From contig OZ219917.1 in the NCBI GenBank assembly GCA_964291415.2, forward strand, positions 1,178,012-1,242,011: a stretch of 64,000 bases of DNA, written 5' to 3'. The translations under genes were made by a program, and so were the position numbers. The notes under the pieces are model-generated. The model saw nothing but the letters and a program-made list of their open reading frames with translations, was not told where the DNA came from and did not search any database. Below are positions 9,242 to 19,081 of this stretch, piece by piece (positions within the stretch are counted from its first letter, which is position 1; each line of letters begins with the position of its first letter). The stretch comes from Alphaproteobacteria bacterium (lineage in GTDB: Bacteria > Pseudomonadota > Alphaproteobacteria > SP197).

Positions 9242-10393
9242 ATGCCTCGTAGGATGCGCCTCAGTGATCGCAACGTTGCACGGTTGCGTCAGGAGGCAGC
9301 CGAGTACACGGTCTGGGACACAAGGATGGCTGGTCTCGGTGTGCGTATCCGGCCGTCCGGGCAGCGGGCGTTCATCTATCTCGATAGTGGCGGTGGATCC
9401 TCGAAACGCCGCACCCTCGGTCAGACGATGCTGATGACGGTCGAAAACGCGCGCGCCGAGTGCTTTGCCATCCAGTCCGACGGAATTGAAGCCCGGGAAA
9501 CGGTCGCAAAGGTTCCCTTGTTTCGGGAGTTCGTTGCCGGCGTCTGGCGATCAGAATGCTACGAACGTCGAAAGCCCTCTTCCCGCCGCACTGCCGACAC
9601 CATACTTGCAAGCCAGTTGTTGCCGACATTCGGTGACGTGCCACTCGACCGGATCGACCGGCGATCCGTTCACCTCTGGTTTGACCGCTACAGCGTCACT
9701 GCGCCTGGTGGGGCCAACCGCGCGCTCGACGCCTTGCGTCAGATCATGAACCACGCCAAGGCCCACGGCCATATTGAAACCAATCCTGCAAGCCGCATCC
9801 GCCGTAATCCGGTGCGCAGGCTCAACCGGTTCCTTTCCCGCATCGAAATTCGTCGCCTGCACGCTGAACTGGACCGTTGCGCTGCAGAAAATCCGTCACG
9901 TGCAGCGCAGGCAGACATCGTCCGTCTGCTCGCCTGCACCGGTTGTCGACATGGCGAGATCCGAACCTTGAAATGGCAGGAAGTCGGTGTCGGTACGCTC
10001 GATCTCAGCGACAGCAAGACAGGTCCGAGAACGGTGTATCTCAGCCGCAAGGCACGAGAGATAATCGAGCGCCAGCCACGCACCGGCAGTCCGTATGTCT
10101 TTCCCTCGACGAACGATCCGGCACAGCCCGTTTCGCAGAATCACGCATTCTGGCAACTCGTTCGAACACGTGCCGGGATCGAGGATGTGCGTCTTCACGA
10201 CCTTCGTCACACATTCGCCAGCTATGCCGTCATGCAGGGTATTCCGCTGCCGACGGTGGCGCGTCTGCTTGGTCATCGGAAGGTTTCGATGACTCTGCGA
10301 TACGCACACGTTGCTGACCGGGACGTCGAAGCGGCGGCGGAGCGGGTCGGGAAAGCCATGACAGAGATCATGGAATCGGGTGGGGGATCCTGA
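9242..10393 (+). CDS. Tyrosine integrase B of element 2
   Basis: WDTRMAGLGVRI arm domain; TGCRHGEI, DSKTG, HDLRHTFAS, LLGH, TLRY. Confidence 0.92.
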   Translation: MPRRMRLSDRNVARLRQEAAEYTVWDTRMAGLGVRIRPSGQRAFIYLDSGGGSSKRRTLGQTMLMTVENARAECFAIQSDGIEARETVAKVPLFREFVAGVWRSECYERRKPSSRRTADTILASQLLPTFGDVPLDRIDRRSVHLWFDRYSVTAPGGANRALDALRQIMNHAKAHGHIETNPASRIRRNPVRRLNRFLSRIEIRRLHAELDRCAAENPSRAAQADIVRLLACTGCRHGEIRTLKWQEVGVGTLDLSDSKTGPRTVYLSRKAREIIERQPRTGSPYVFPSTNDPAQPVSQNHAFWQLVRTRAGIEDVRLHDLRHTFASYAVMQGIPLPTVARLLGHRKVSMTLRYAHVADRDVEAAAERVGKAMTEIMESGGGS

Positions 10394-10823
10394 GTCGATT
10401 TAATCCAATTTCGTTCGTATGCGATGCGGAATGGTTGAGAAGTGGTTCAACGCGTGGTGATGCCATGCGCTCAACCATGGACTTGGCGTTCGGAGAAATA
10501 GCACACTTCAGCGGCTAACGCTCTCGTTCAAGACCGTCAACTGCGACACCGGTGCATGATTCTTCTTCGGTATCAACTGAGCGTGGATCGCGAGTCGCGT
10601 CATGAATGTCCTTCGGACCGCTGTTCAAGTATTGCTTCTATCAATGCGCGTACGTACCGGGGTGGAGGGCTTTGCACGATTGTACCAACGGCCGGTTGCA
10701 CGACGGCACAGAAGCCGGATGCTACGATGTCAAATGCGAAAGCAGGGTCGAGTTCGAGTGAGTCGAACTCACTCTCGGAATGGAAGCCTGTTTCTAGTAC
10801 TTCCAGCGGTGCGCCCGAGCGTT

Positions 10824-11789
10824 CTATTCTTCGCTCTTTACCACATAGCCATGGTTTCTTTGCGTGGCCTCAAACGCGCTCTTCCCGAACATCGAAACAT
10901 CGCCCTGCATCGCGCGCAGAGTTTCGCTCTGAGCAGCACGATCGAGGTTTTCCATGTAAGACTCCCTAATCCTTTGCAGTTGTCGTTCCGAAATCTGCGA
11001 GTAGCCGTCTGCCGCCAGTCGGGCGCGTCCGAACATGAAGTCGCGCACATCCGACGGCAACTCGATGTCGTGTTGTCCTAACTGTCCGTGCCGAACGTGA
11101 AGCTTCGTTCCCTTCCAGCGGCGTGGGTAACTCATCCCAATGAATCCAAACAGGACAAATCTCCCCATCTTCGCATATGACATCGCCGACTCTCGATCGT
11201 GAGCAACATCAACATCGACTGCGCGAGCGAGATATCGGCTGATGTTGCGTGGTAAATTGGCAATCGAGGTGCCTGCAACTATATCAGTTACAAACATATG
11301 TTGTTCGGGAGGTCCAGGATTGGTCTCATGTCCCAGAAGGAACTGCGACCACTGTCTGAGGGCACCGTTGACGTTCGCCTTGATATGGTCGGGAAATTCG
11401 TCGAGGTAGCCACTGGATGTATACAATCTCAATACCCTCCATGATACGGAGGTCGCGAACTTCAGCATCCATGGACCATAACTGATGCGGCGAACGCTTC
11501 CGCTGTTGAGAGGAGCGAAACAGCTCTCGGCGAACTCTTTCTCCCAGGAAGAGAACAGCTGCTCGCAATCCCTGCACAACATTCGAGGTTTAAGACCATC
11601 CTGGACTCGCCGATTGGGGGATTCGGATGACCGAATATGGCCTGTTGCGGAAGTTCTCCGCAACCATTCGAAGACGAATCTTGGAATGATATGGCTCGCT
11701 TGCAAGTCGGACGATCCGGCGCACAAGGCGCATCGTTCAAAGTCGAGTCCATTGTTACCGATTGAAGAATATAATTTGTGCAACGTCAT
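10824..11789 (-). CDS. Zn-binding HNH-like endonuclease domain protein
   Basis: CALC...SHIIP...LCRDCEQ pattern; AT-richer than flanking host genes. Confidence 0.6.
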   Translation of the reverse strand: MTLHKLYSSIGNNGLDFERCALCAGSSDLQASHIIPRFVFEWLRRTSATGHIRSSESPNRRVQDGLKPRMLCRDCEQLFSSWEKEFAESCFAPLNSGSVRRISYGPWMLKFATSVSWRVLRLYTSSGYLDEFPDHIKANVNGALRQWSQFLLGHETNPGPPEQHMFVTDIVAGTSIANLPRNISRYLARAVDVDVAHDRESAMSYAKMGRFVLFGFIGMSYPRRWKGTKLHVRHGQLGQHDIELPSDVRDFMFGRARLAADGYSQISERQLQRIRESYMENLDRAAQSETLRAMQGDVSMFGKSAFEATQRNHGYVVKSEE

Positions 11790-11956
11790 CTCGCTCGATT
11801 TGGTGATCCGGCTTTTGGCACTTCAGTCGATGAGACTGGATTTTGTCGTGCTATCCTCGAGATCCCGATGCTACCGCTAACGGGTTTGAAGTACCCCGCT
11901 GCACACATAGTGGCAAAACACTCACAGTATTCGACAGCCTCGCCCTTCGTTGTACT

Positions 11957-12364
11957 TCAAGATACAGGTTTGATTTTCATATCCCGAACGTTCAACGGTA
12001 CGAAACACTCCAGAGCCCCGCGCTGTGGTTCTCCCAGTGTCGCGGAGACGGATTCGCAATGGACTGCCTGGGGAAACGTGAACTGTTTAGGCGTGTTCGG
12101 CTCTTGATCCATCTGTGATTCGATACTCCGACGAACATGCTCTGGCAACGCCGCGAGAATCAGCGCCAGTGGCGCCGGGCCAAAATCCAGGGAGAGAGCA
12201 TGACGTTCACCTGCATACATCGCGTCGACCATTAGCGAATACTGACCCGGGCGGCCGAGTGCATCGAATCCCCATATTGGGAATCCGTAGAAGTAGTGTT
12301 CCATGTGCGGGCTGTCGTAGCCGTCCTTTTTCAATCGCGTTCCGTAATCTGGTCGTAGCGTCAT
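11957..12364 (-). CDS. Hypothetical protein
   Basis: 135-aa ORF with upstream AAGGA and protein-like composition; no family recognised. Confidence 0.6.
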   Translation of the reverse strand: MTLRPDYGTRLKKDGYDSPHMEHYFYGFPIWGFDALGRPGQYSLMVDAMYAGERHALSLDFGPAPLALILAALPEHVRRSIESQMDQEPNTPKQFTFPQAVHCESVSATLGEPQRGALECFVPLNVRDMKIKPVS

Positions 12365-12840
12365 GGTTCGTGTTCCTTACCCGCGTTTGAGCGTGCATTG
12401 TATTGCGCCCCATGGGGAATTATTCGGGTTTCCACTGAGTTGTGGCCTGATTGAGGATTTACTCCATGCTTACGGAGTGTACGCCGAAGGACCGCAAGTT
12501 TGAAGCTTTGGACGGCGCTGGTTCACCGGTCGTTGCGCCAATGGCCGGATGACTTCGGACAGCGGTGTCTTGTTGGTGTGCGAGGCCGGTTGCCTGCTCG
12601 ACATCCCCGCCCCGGTTGCGCCATGTTTTGTCGGTCACCGCATTCTTTGTCTGCCAGGCATGTCCTGGAGACTCTTGATGCTACTCGGATGGTAGTGATA
12701 CGAGGATCTCGACGATCATGGTCGGCTGCCCGAAGACAGCGACCTTGCGTAGACTTGCGGACGTCCGCAGGTGAACGGTGCGATGCCTCCGCAGGAATGC
12801 CGACGGAGTCACGGACTGTCCGCCTCGAGGACACTGAACC

Positions 12841-12933
12841 GACTGGAGCCGGGTGCCAGGTGACCGGGTGCGAGCGGTGTTCCGCTTCGAGGGCGGCACG
12901 ACAGTGGACGTAGACCTGGTCGACTGTTGCTGA
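12841..12933 (+). pseudogene. HigB/RelE toxin remnant
   Basis: DWSRVPGDRVRAVFRFEGGTTVDVDLVDCC* resembles the HigB C-terminus; lies directly upstream of higA. Confidence 0.7.
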
Positions 12934-12952
12934 CTGGAAAGGACCCCTGACC

Positions 12953-13267
12953 ATGAGCGAGATTGCAGGCGATCGAATCGGCCCCACCCGGAACCCACCG
13001 CACCTTGGCGAACTCATCCGCGAGAGCATGGACGATGTGGGTCGGAACGCAACCGAAACGGCGGCACGGCGTGGCTGCGAGCGCGGAATGCTGTCGCGCC
13101 TGATGAACGGCAAAGCGGGTGTGTCGGCGAACATGGCGCTGGCGCTGGTGGATATCGGCTGGGGAACTGCCGAGTACTGGATGCGGATGCAGGCGAGCTT
13201 CGAGCTTGCGCAGGTGCGCCAAGGTCGGACTGCCGAAGCGCGACACGCAGGCGCGCTACAGGCATGA
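12953..13267 (+). CDS. higA: HigA antitoxin (Xre HTH)
   Basis: NPPHLGELIRE...LSRLMNGKAGVSANMALAL...AEYWMRMQASFELAQ. Confidence 0.85.
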   Translation: MSEIAGDRIGPTRNPPHLGELIRESMDDVGRNATETAARRGCERGMLSRLMNGKAGVSANMALALVDIGWGTAEYWMRMQASFELAQVRQGRTAEARHAGALQA

Positions 13268-13382
13268 TCGAGACTCGCGCCGGGGCGGACGACCGGGGCA
13301 CTGTCCGGGCGGCTGTCCTTCATCAGGTTTCGGCCAACGGCACGCCGTCCGGGGCGCGGCGCAGAGCGGGCGGTATAGCCTG

Positions 13383-16187
13383 ATGCGCCTGTCGTGGAAC
13401 GAGGTTCGCGCTCGCGCCGCCGCCTTTGCCGAGGACTGGAAGGACGCGGCTTACGAGAAGGGGGAGACGCAGAGTTTCTACAACGCCTTTTTCGACGTGT
13501 TCGGGGTGCGGCGTCGGAGTGTCGGGCGCTACGAGGAGCATGTTAAGAAGCTCGACAACAGTTCGGGTTTCATCGACCTGTTCTGGCCGGGCGTGCTGCT
13601 CGTCGAACAGAAAAGCGCCGGGCGCGATCTCCGCAAGGCTTACGAACAGGCCGGGGACTACTTCGACGCGCTGCCGGAACACGAGCGCCCTCGTTACATC
13701 CTGGTGAGCGACTTCCAGACCTTCGAGCTTCACGATCTTGACGAACGGGAAGCCGTCGCCTTCGCGCTCGCGGATCTGCCCGCCCATGTCGAATCGTTCG
13801 GCTTCATCCTCGGCGTGCAGCGCCGGACGTTCCGCGACCAGGACCCGGCGAACATTGAGGCCGCGGAACTGGTCGGACGGCTGCACGATGCGCTCGCCGA
13901 TGCCGGACACCGGGGTCACGATCTGGAACGCTTCCTGGTGCGAGTCGTGTTCTGCATGTTCGCCGACGACACCGGGATCTTCGAACCGCGCGATATCTTT
14001 CTCGACTTCATCGAGACACGCACCAGCGAAGACGGGGCCGATCTCGGACCGTGGCTCGCGCAACTGTTCGAAGTGCTCGACACTCCGGAGGACGAGCGAG
14101 CGGCGACTCTTGACGAGGACCTTGCGCGCTTCCCCTACGTCAACGGTGATCTCTTGAAGGGGCACCTGCGGACGTTCTCGTTCAACGCGGCAATGCGCGG
14201 GGCATTGCTCGACGCCTGCCGCTTCGACTGGTCGAACATCTCGCCCGCGATCTTCGGCGCGCTGTTCCAGTCGGTCATGGACCCGGCGGAACGCCGAGCC
14301 CAGGGGGCGCATTACACGACCGAGAAGAACATACTCAAGGTGATCGAGCCGCTGTTCATGGACGACCTGCGTGCTGAGTTTGAGCAGGTACGCAAGCGCC
14401 GCCGTGGCCGGCTTGCTGCACTCCACCAGTTCCAGGCAAAGCTTGGCAATCTGACGTTCTTCGACCCGGCCTGCGGCTGCGGCAATTTCCTCATCATCGC
14501 GTACCGGGAATTGCGGTTGCTGGAAATCGAGGTCATCCGGGAGATACGGGACGCGACCGCCGCGACCGATCAGGCGGTACTCGATGCGGCATGGCAGTCA
14601 GTAGTGGACGTGGATCAGTTCTACGGGATCGAGCTTGGCGAGTTCCCGACCCGCATCGCGGAGACCGTGCTGTGGATGATGGACCACATCATGAACAACC
14701 GGCTGAGCCTTGAGTTCGGTCAGACCTTCGTTCGTATCCCGCTAGAGAAGTCGCCGCATATCGTCTACGGCGACGCGCTGGAAACAGATTGGTCGGGTCT
14801 GCTGCCGTCGGACGACTGCTCCTTCGTGCTCGGCAATCCGCCGTTCGTGGGTTCGAAGTACCAGACGGCAGAGCAGCGTGCGCAGGTGCGTGGAATCGCG
14901 GCGCTCGGCAAGGGCGGTGGCACGCTCGATTACGTCGCCGCGTGGTTCATCAAGGCGGGAGAGTATCTGAAGGGCAGCTGCGCTCGGGTTGGCTTCGTCG
15001 CGACCAACTCGATCACGCAGGGCGAGCAAGTCGCGCAGCTATGGCCGGTCCTGTTCGGACGCTGCAAGCTGGAGATCGCCTTCGCGCACCGGACTTTCGC
15101 GTGGGGATCGGACGCGCGCGGCAAGGCGCATGTGCATGTCGTCATTCTCGGCCTCGACCGGCGGAACGCTGCACGAGCAGAGAAGCGGCTTTTCAGCTAT
15201 CCCGATATCAACGGTGATCCGGAAGAGAGCAGCCATTCGGCGCTGTCGCCGTACCTGTTCGACGCGGGCGGGTTGTCGGACCCGCATTTGGTGGTCCGGG
15301 AGGAAAGTGCACCGATCAACGGTATGCCGCAGCTTCTGACTGGCTCACAGCCCATCGATGGCGGCAAGTACATATTCGATGCAGCGGAACGTGGCGCGTT
15401 TCTGGAGGTGGAGCCGGAAGCCGCGCCCTGGATTCGACCGTTCATCGGCGCGCGGGAATACTTGCAGGGTGGAGAGCGGTGGATTCTGGCGCTGCACGAC
15501 GCTCCGCCGGCAGTTCTGGCGCGACTGCCGCGCGTGCGGGAGCGGATCGCCGCCGTTCGGGCCTTTCGGCAACGAAGCCAACGCAAGTCCACACTCAAGC
15601 TGGCCGAAACCCCGACGCTCTGGCAGATCAACGTCGTTCCCACGGCTCCGTTTCTAGTGATTCCGGAGGTCAGTTCGGAGCGACGGGAGTATGCTCCCAT
15701 CGGCTGGTTGGAGCCGCCTACGATACCCAGCAACCTCGTTCGCATCTTGAGCAACGCAACTTTGTCGAACTTCGCGCTGCTGACCTCGGCCATGCATATG
15801 GCGTGGCTGCGCCACATCGGCGGGCGCCTGAAGAGCGATTACCGCTATTCCATCGGTCTCGTCTACAACACGTTCCCGCCGCCGCCCAAGGGAAGGGACT
15901 TGTCGAAGTTAGAGCCACTCGCCCAAGCTGTCCTGGATGCACGCGCTGCCCATTCGGGCGCAACGCTCGCCGACCTCTACGATCCGGACCTGATGGCGCC
16001 GAACCTTCGCCGGGCACATCAGAAGCTCGATCGTGCGGTGGATCGGCTCTACCGGCGCTCGGGGTTCGCATCCGAGCGGGAACGTGTTGAATACCTGTTC
16101 ATGCTCTACGAGAGACTGCTCGCTCCGTTGACCGACGCGACAAAATCGAAGGGGCGCAGGCGTAAAGTCCAGGGTCGTGCGACATGA
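13383..16187 (+). CDS. MmeI-like type IIL restriction-modification enzyme
   Basis: LSWNEVRARAAAF, FIDLFWPGVLLVEQKS (PD-ExK), GAHYT, FDPACGCGNFL, GNPPF, GGRLKSDYRYS, TLADLYDP. Confidence 0.92.
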   Translation: MRLSWNEVRARAAAFAEDWKDAAYEKGETQSFYNAFFDVFGVRRRSVGRYEEHVKKLDNSSGFIDLFWPGVLLVEQKSAGRDLRKAYEQAGDYFDALPEHERPRYILVSDFQTFELHDLDEREAVAFALADLPAHVESFGFILGVQRRTFRDQDPANIEAAELVGRLHDALADAGHRGHDLERFLVRVVFCMFADDTGIFEPRDIFLDFIETRTSEDGADLGPWLAQLFEVLDTPEDERAATLDEDLARFPYVNGDLLKGHLRTFSFNAAMRGALLDACRFDWSNISPAIFGALFQSVMDPAERRAQGAHYTTEKNILKVIEPLFMDDLRAEFEQVRKRRRGRLAALHQFQAKLGNLTFFDPACGCGNFLIIAYRELRLLEIEVIREIRDATAATDQAVLDAAWQSVVDVDQFYGIELGEFPTRIAETVLWMMDHIMNNRLSLEFGQTFVRIPLEKSPHIVYGDALETDWSGLLPSDDCSFVLGNPPFVGSKYQTAEQRAQVRGIAALGKGGGTLDYVAAWFIKAGEYLKGSCARVGFVATNSITQGEQVAQLWPVLFGRCKLEIAFAHRTFAWGSDARGKAHVHVVILGLDRRNAARAEKRLFSYPDINGDPEESSHSALSPYLFDAGGLSDPHLVVREESAPINGMPQLLTGSQPIDGGKYIFDAAERGAFLEVEPEAAPWIRPFIGAREYLQGGERWILALHDAPPAVLARLPRVRERIAAVRAFRQRSQRKSTLKLAETPTLWQINVVPTAPFLVIPEVSSERREYAPIGWLEPPTIPSNLVRILSNATLSNFALLTSAMHMAWLRHIGGRLKSDYRYSIGLVYNTFPPPPKGRDLSKLEPLAQAVLDARAAHSGATLADLYDPDLMAPNLRRAHQKLDRAVDRLYRRSGFASERERVEYLFMLYERLLAPLTDATKSKGRRRKVQGRAT

Positions 16188-16275
16188 TCCATTCTCTTGG
16201 AGGTGAGAGCGCTGACGGTCAGCAGACCAGGATCTGCCTGGACGCATTGAGAACTATGCCAATGCGGGAACGAAA

Positions 16276-16458
16276 ATGACAGACCTTTCCGAAATCATTG
16301 GAGGCCTGATCGCCACCGGAAAGGAGGGCGACCACTGGGACTTCAAACGTGATTCGCATACCAAGACAGGCGACTTGATCAAGGACATCATGTGCCTTGC
16401 CAACACGCCCCGACATGCTGGAGACCGCTATATCGTCTATGGTGTCGACGACTGTTAG
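16276..16458 (+). pseudogene. AlbA_2/Schlafen-like domain fragment truncated by an IS end
   Basis: EGDHWDFKR...KDIMCLAN...YIVYGVDD; the stop codon lies inside the IS inverted repeat. Confidence 0.75.
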
Positions 16459-17067
16459 CGACGGTCAGAAAGTGCGCATAGTCGATGAAGTTCCCTTGAT
16501 GAGGGCTACCAGATGTAGAGGTGGGCACCTGGGATTACGGCGTTGATGACTCTGGCGCATTCGCCTAACTCCGGTGAAACACACTGACATAGTCTAGTTC
16601 AACATCCCAGGCCGCCGCCTCCGGAGGCGTCACCTCGACAAAGGTCGTCTCCCGCTTCAGCCGCCAGTAGCGCAACGAACTGCACGAGATGCCGTGAAGG
16701 CGGCAGAACTCGGCCTGGGTGCCGAGGAAACGCTCGTACTCCTCACAGATCTCGCGCCACCGGGCAGCGCCCTTCCTCGGCAACCGTGAGCGAACAACAT
16801 CGGTGCCCGACATGACAATCTCCCTTCGCTTGGAACAAAACGCCAAGCGATATCGCCAGTGATCAGCGACTCAAGACCGTCGCAAAGTGACCGGTTACGA
16901 GGTGACGGCGCCGGAGGCGGCAGCCTGGGATGTTGAACTGGCCTTTGGCGGCGGTATGGTCCTGCGTCATCGGAAGTCCTGATGTTGGGAGGCTGGCTGC
17001 GGCTCAGAACCAACCCGCCACAAGGGCGGTCACGCCAAACGCTTACACTTCCTTACCGTCGCCAACA
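16453..17067. mobile_element. Internally deleted IS21-like element containing IS66 debris
   Basis: TGTTAGCGACGGTCAGAAAGTG (16453) versus reverse complement TGTTGGCGACGGTAAGGAAGTG (ends 17067), 19/22 identical; IS66-type terminus CGCTTAC at 17040-17046. Confidence 0.6.
16565..16813 (-). pseudogene. IS66 TnpA accessory protein remnant
   Basis: WREICEEY...TQAEFCRLHGIS...LRYWR...FVEV...WDVEL. Confidence 0.75.
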
Positions 17068-17339
17068 ACTACAGTAGAGGAGCCCGCAACGAATGAAGAA
17101 CGCTACTTGTCGCTTCGCACCCTCACTCTTCGGAGACTTTACCGGGAAGTCTGGCGTTCTCCCATCCGTGTAGCTTGTCACGAAGTTCGGATATGCCTAA
17201 GTTGGCAACTCCGAAGTCAGGGACGCCGCACGGCGCATGGAGGCGAGAATCGTGACGACCAGGAAGGGCGTTCCAGTCACGTTCCGGTCATAAACTGGAG
17301 CAAACCAGCACCACTAGTGGGAATGCGGGCTAGTTCAGT

Positions 17340-18308
17340 CTATCTCCCTTGAACAAAAAGCGATTGAATCGCCCTACGATGTTTGCGGACTGTCGATTCA
17401 GAGAGCGCCGAGAATTCCGAAATTTCGCGGATATCCAAATCCTTCTGGCAACCTTCCAGGACCTTGAGACGATTTCGAAGTCCACGCGCGTTCCTCATTT
17501 CGAGAAGCTCCATTTGCAGAGTCTCGGCCTTTCCAGACAGATCATCCAACGCTACATTAACATACCGCAATACTCCCAAAGAACAATCGTCTCCGGTACG
17601 GCTATGGAGTAGAGGCATAACCGTCTCACGAATTGCATTCTCAATTCGGCTAGATGATTCTTCCCTGGACCACGAAAAAACATGAGACAGGGCAGGAGCC
17701 AACATACCATTTCGACGCTGGTATAGACTTTCTGCGGAACCGTCCGACATAGCGGCAAAGCCATCGTAATTCCCTAACTTCTCCCTAACAATACGAAGGT
17801 GTTTGCTTGTTCTCTCTGATGTCAGAAACACTGTCTCATTTGCATATTCACCGCGCATCGGTCCGATCAGGACATTCGCGCTACCGCCGTGGGAGACCAC
17901 TACAACCCCATCGCCAAGATTCCCCGAAAAAAAGACGTCCCCGGAAACTGCAACGAATGCAAGAGTTGCGGCAAGCTCACTGGGAGGGCTTCCCAATCCA
18001 CGCGCACGCTGGGCGATCTCTTCTTGACATACAACAAGTATTCGCTCCCGAATGCTGGCGGGATCAATCCAGGGTGCAGAGTCTCTAAGTACTTTGCTTG
18101 TAGCCTCGACAGCTGCAGCAGCACCATGCTCCGAGTGCTTCGCCGATCCGGCCCCGTCAGAAACCACGACGATTGCCATGCCGCCATCCAACGACACGCT
18201 GGAAGCGTCCTGACATGGTAAGCCGCAAAGACGATGACCCCGGCCCGCAGACGACATGGCCGCGCCGGTCCAGCGGCGTAAAGTCCGACCCGACCAGTTA
18301 TGCGTCAT
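17340..18308 (-). CDS. PP2C-family phosphatase of a TerY-P triad, with C-terminal HTH-like tail
   Basis: GRGH...PCQD, VSDGAGS, NLGDG, GEYANETVF, MSDG, TGDDCSL; tail DIREISEFSALSESTVRKH. Confidence 0.88.
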   Translation of the reverse strand: MTHNWSGRTLRRWTGAAMSSAGRGHRLCGLPCQDASSVSLDGGMAIVVVSDGAGSAKHSEHGAAAAVEATSKVLRDSAPWIDPASIRERILVVCQEEIAQRARGLGSPPSELAATLAFVAVSGDVFFSGNLGDGVVVVSHGGSANVLIGPMRGEYANETVFLTSERTSKHLRIVREKLGNYDGFAAMSDGSAESLYQRRNGMLAPALSHVFSWSREESSSRIENAIRETVMPLLHSRTGDDCSLGVLRYVNVALDDLSGKAETLQMELLEMRNARGLRNRLKVLEGCQKDLDIREISEFSALSESTVRKHRRAIQSLFVQGR

Positions 18309-18310
18309 CT

Positions 18311-18988
18311 TTAGATTTCAGCCCAGCCCTTGATACCATCGGTATCGAGAGGCACGCGCTGACCAGGTGTGCTGCCAGAAACCCGCTGAACACTCGCGCT
18401 CAACCACTCGAAAAACTTCTCGAACTCCAGTCCCCGAAGCCGCAGGGGTGCCCGAGCCGGGCTAAACTTTGCTAAGGTGTCCATGTCCGCGTCGTCTCCG
18501 ATTCCCACGGCGAACACTGACAACTCCTTTCCGTTTACCATGCGGACTACACGATCCACTGCATATTCAATGTCGTCAGTCGGCATACCATCCGTCATGA
18601 GAACCAACCATGGTTGATAATAGTCAACTCCCTTATCCTTGTACTCCTGCTTGCGCTTTCCAAGAATTCGAATCGTCTCATTGACCGCCTCACCCATTGG
18701 TGTGACACCGTCGGCTTCCATAGCCATGTCCGGCTTCCTTTCCACAGGCCCGAAGTTGGCAAGCAACTGAACGCCGCCATTGCCAAAAGTTACAATACCC
18801 ACCTCTGCAGAATACCGAGCCACATCGTCCTCGAATAGTGAGGAGTAAAAGCGATTCACTCCGCGCCTTAGCTCGATTACTTTGTCGCCCATCATCGAAC
18901 GGCTTGTATCCAAACACAGTACTACAGGCACACGTGGTGTGGGGTTCTCTACCAGATCTTGCCCACGAACCATCAGTTCGGTTCCCAT
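18311..18988 (-). CDS. terY: TerY-like vWA domain protein
   Basis: PRVPVVLCLDTSRSM (MIDAS), GVTPMG, DYYQPWLVLMTDG, FFEWLSAS. Confidence 0.9.
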   Translation of the reverse strand: MGTELMVRGQDLVENPTPRVPVVLCLDTSRSMMGDKVIELRRGVNRFYSSLFEDDVARYSAEVGIVTFGNGGVQLLANFGPVERKPDMAMEADGVTPMGEAVNETIRILGKRKQEYKDKGVDYYQPWLVLMTDGMPTDDIEYAVDRVVRMVNGKELSVFAVGIGDDADMDTLAKFSPARAPLRLRGLEFEKFFEWLSASVQRVSGSTPGQRVPLDTDGIKGWAEI

Positions 18989-19081
18989 GGAATTCTCCTT
19001 CAGCCTCAGTTGCGAATGCTATGCATAAGCGCTGCAGCACCACCAATGCTCACAACTTGTTCGTGCTTCGCATAGTTTCTG

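Noticed and set aside
10431-10478. ATGGTTGAG/CTCAACCAT inverted repeat after integrase B
   Set aside because: 30-nt loop and no U-tract, so no function can be supported
16930-17352. In-frame continuation of the AlbA fragment after the IS remnant
   Set aside because: The frame is compatible, but the peptide shows no AlbA features and there is no target duplication
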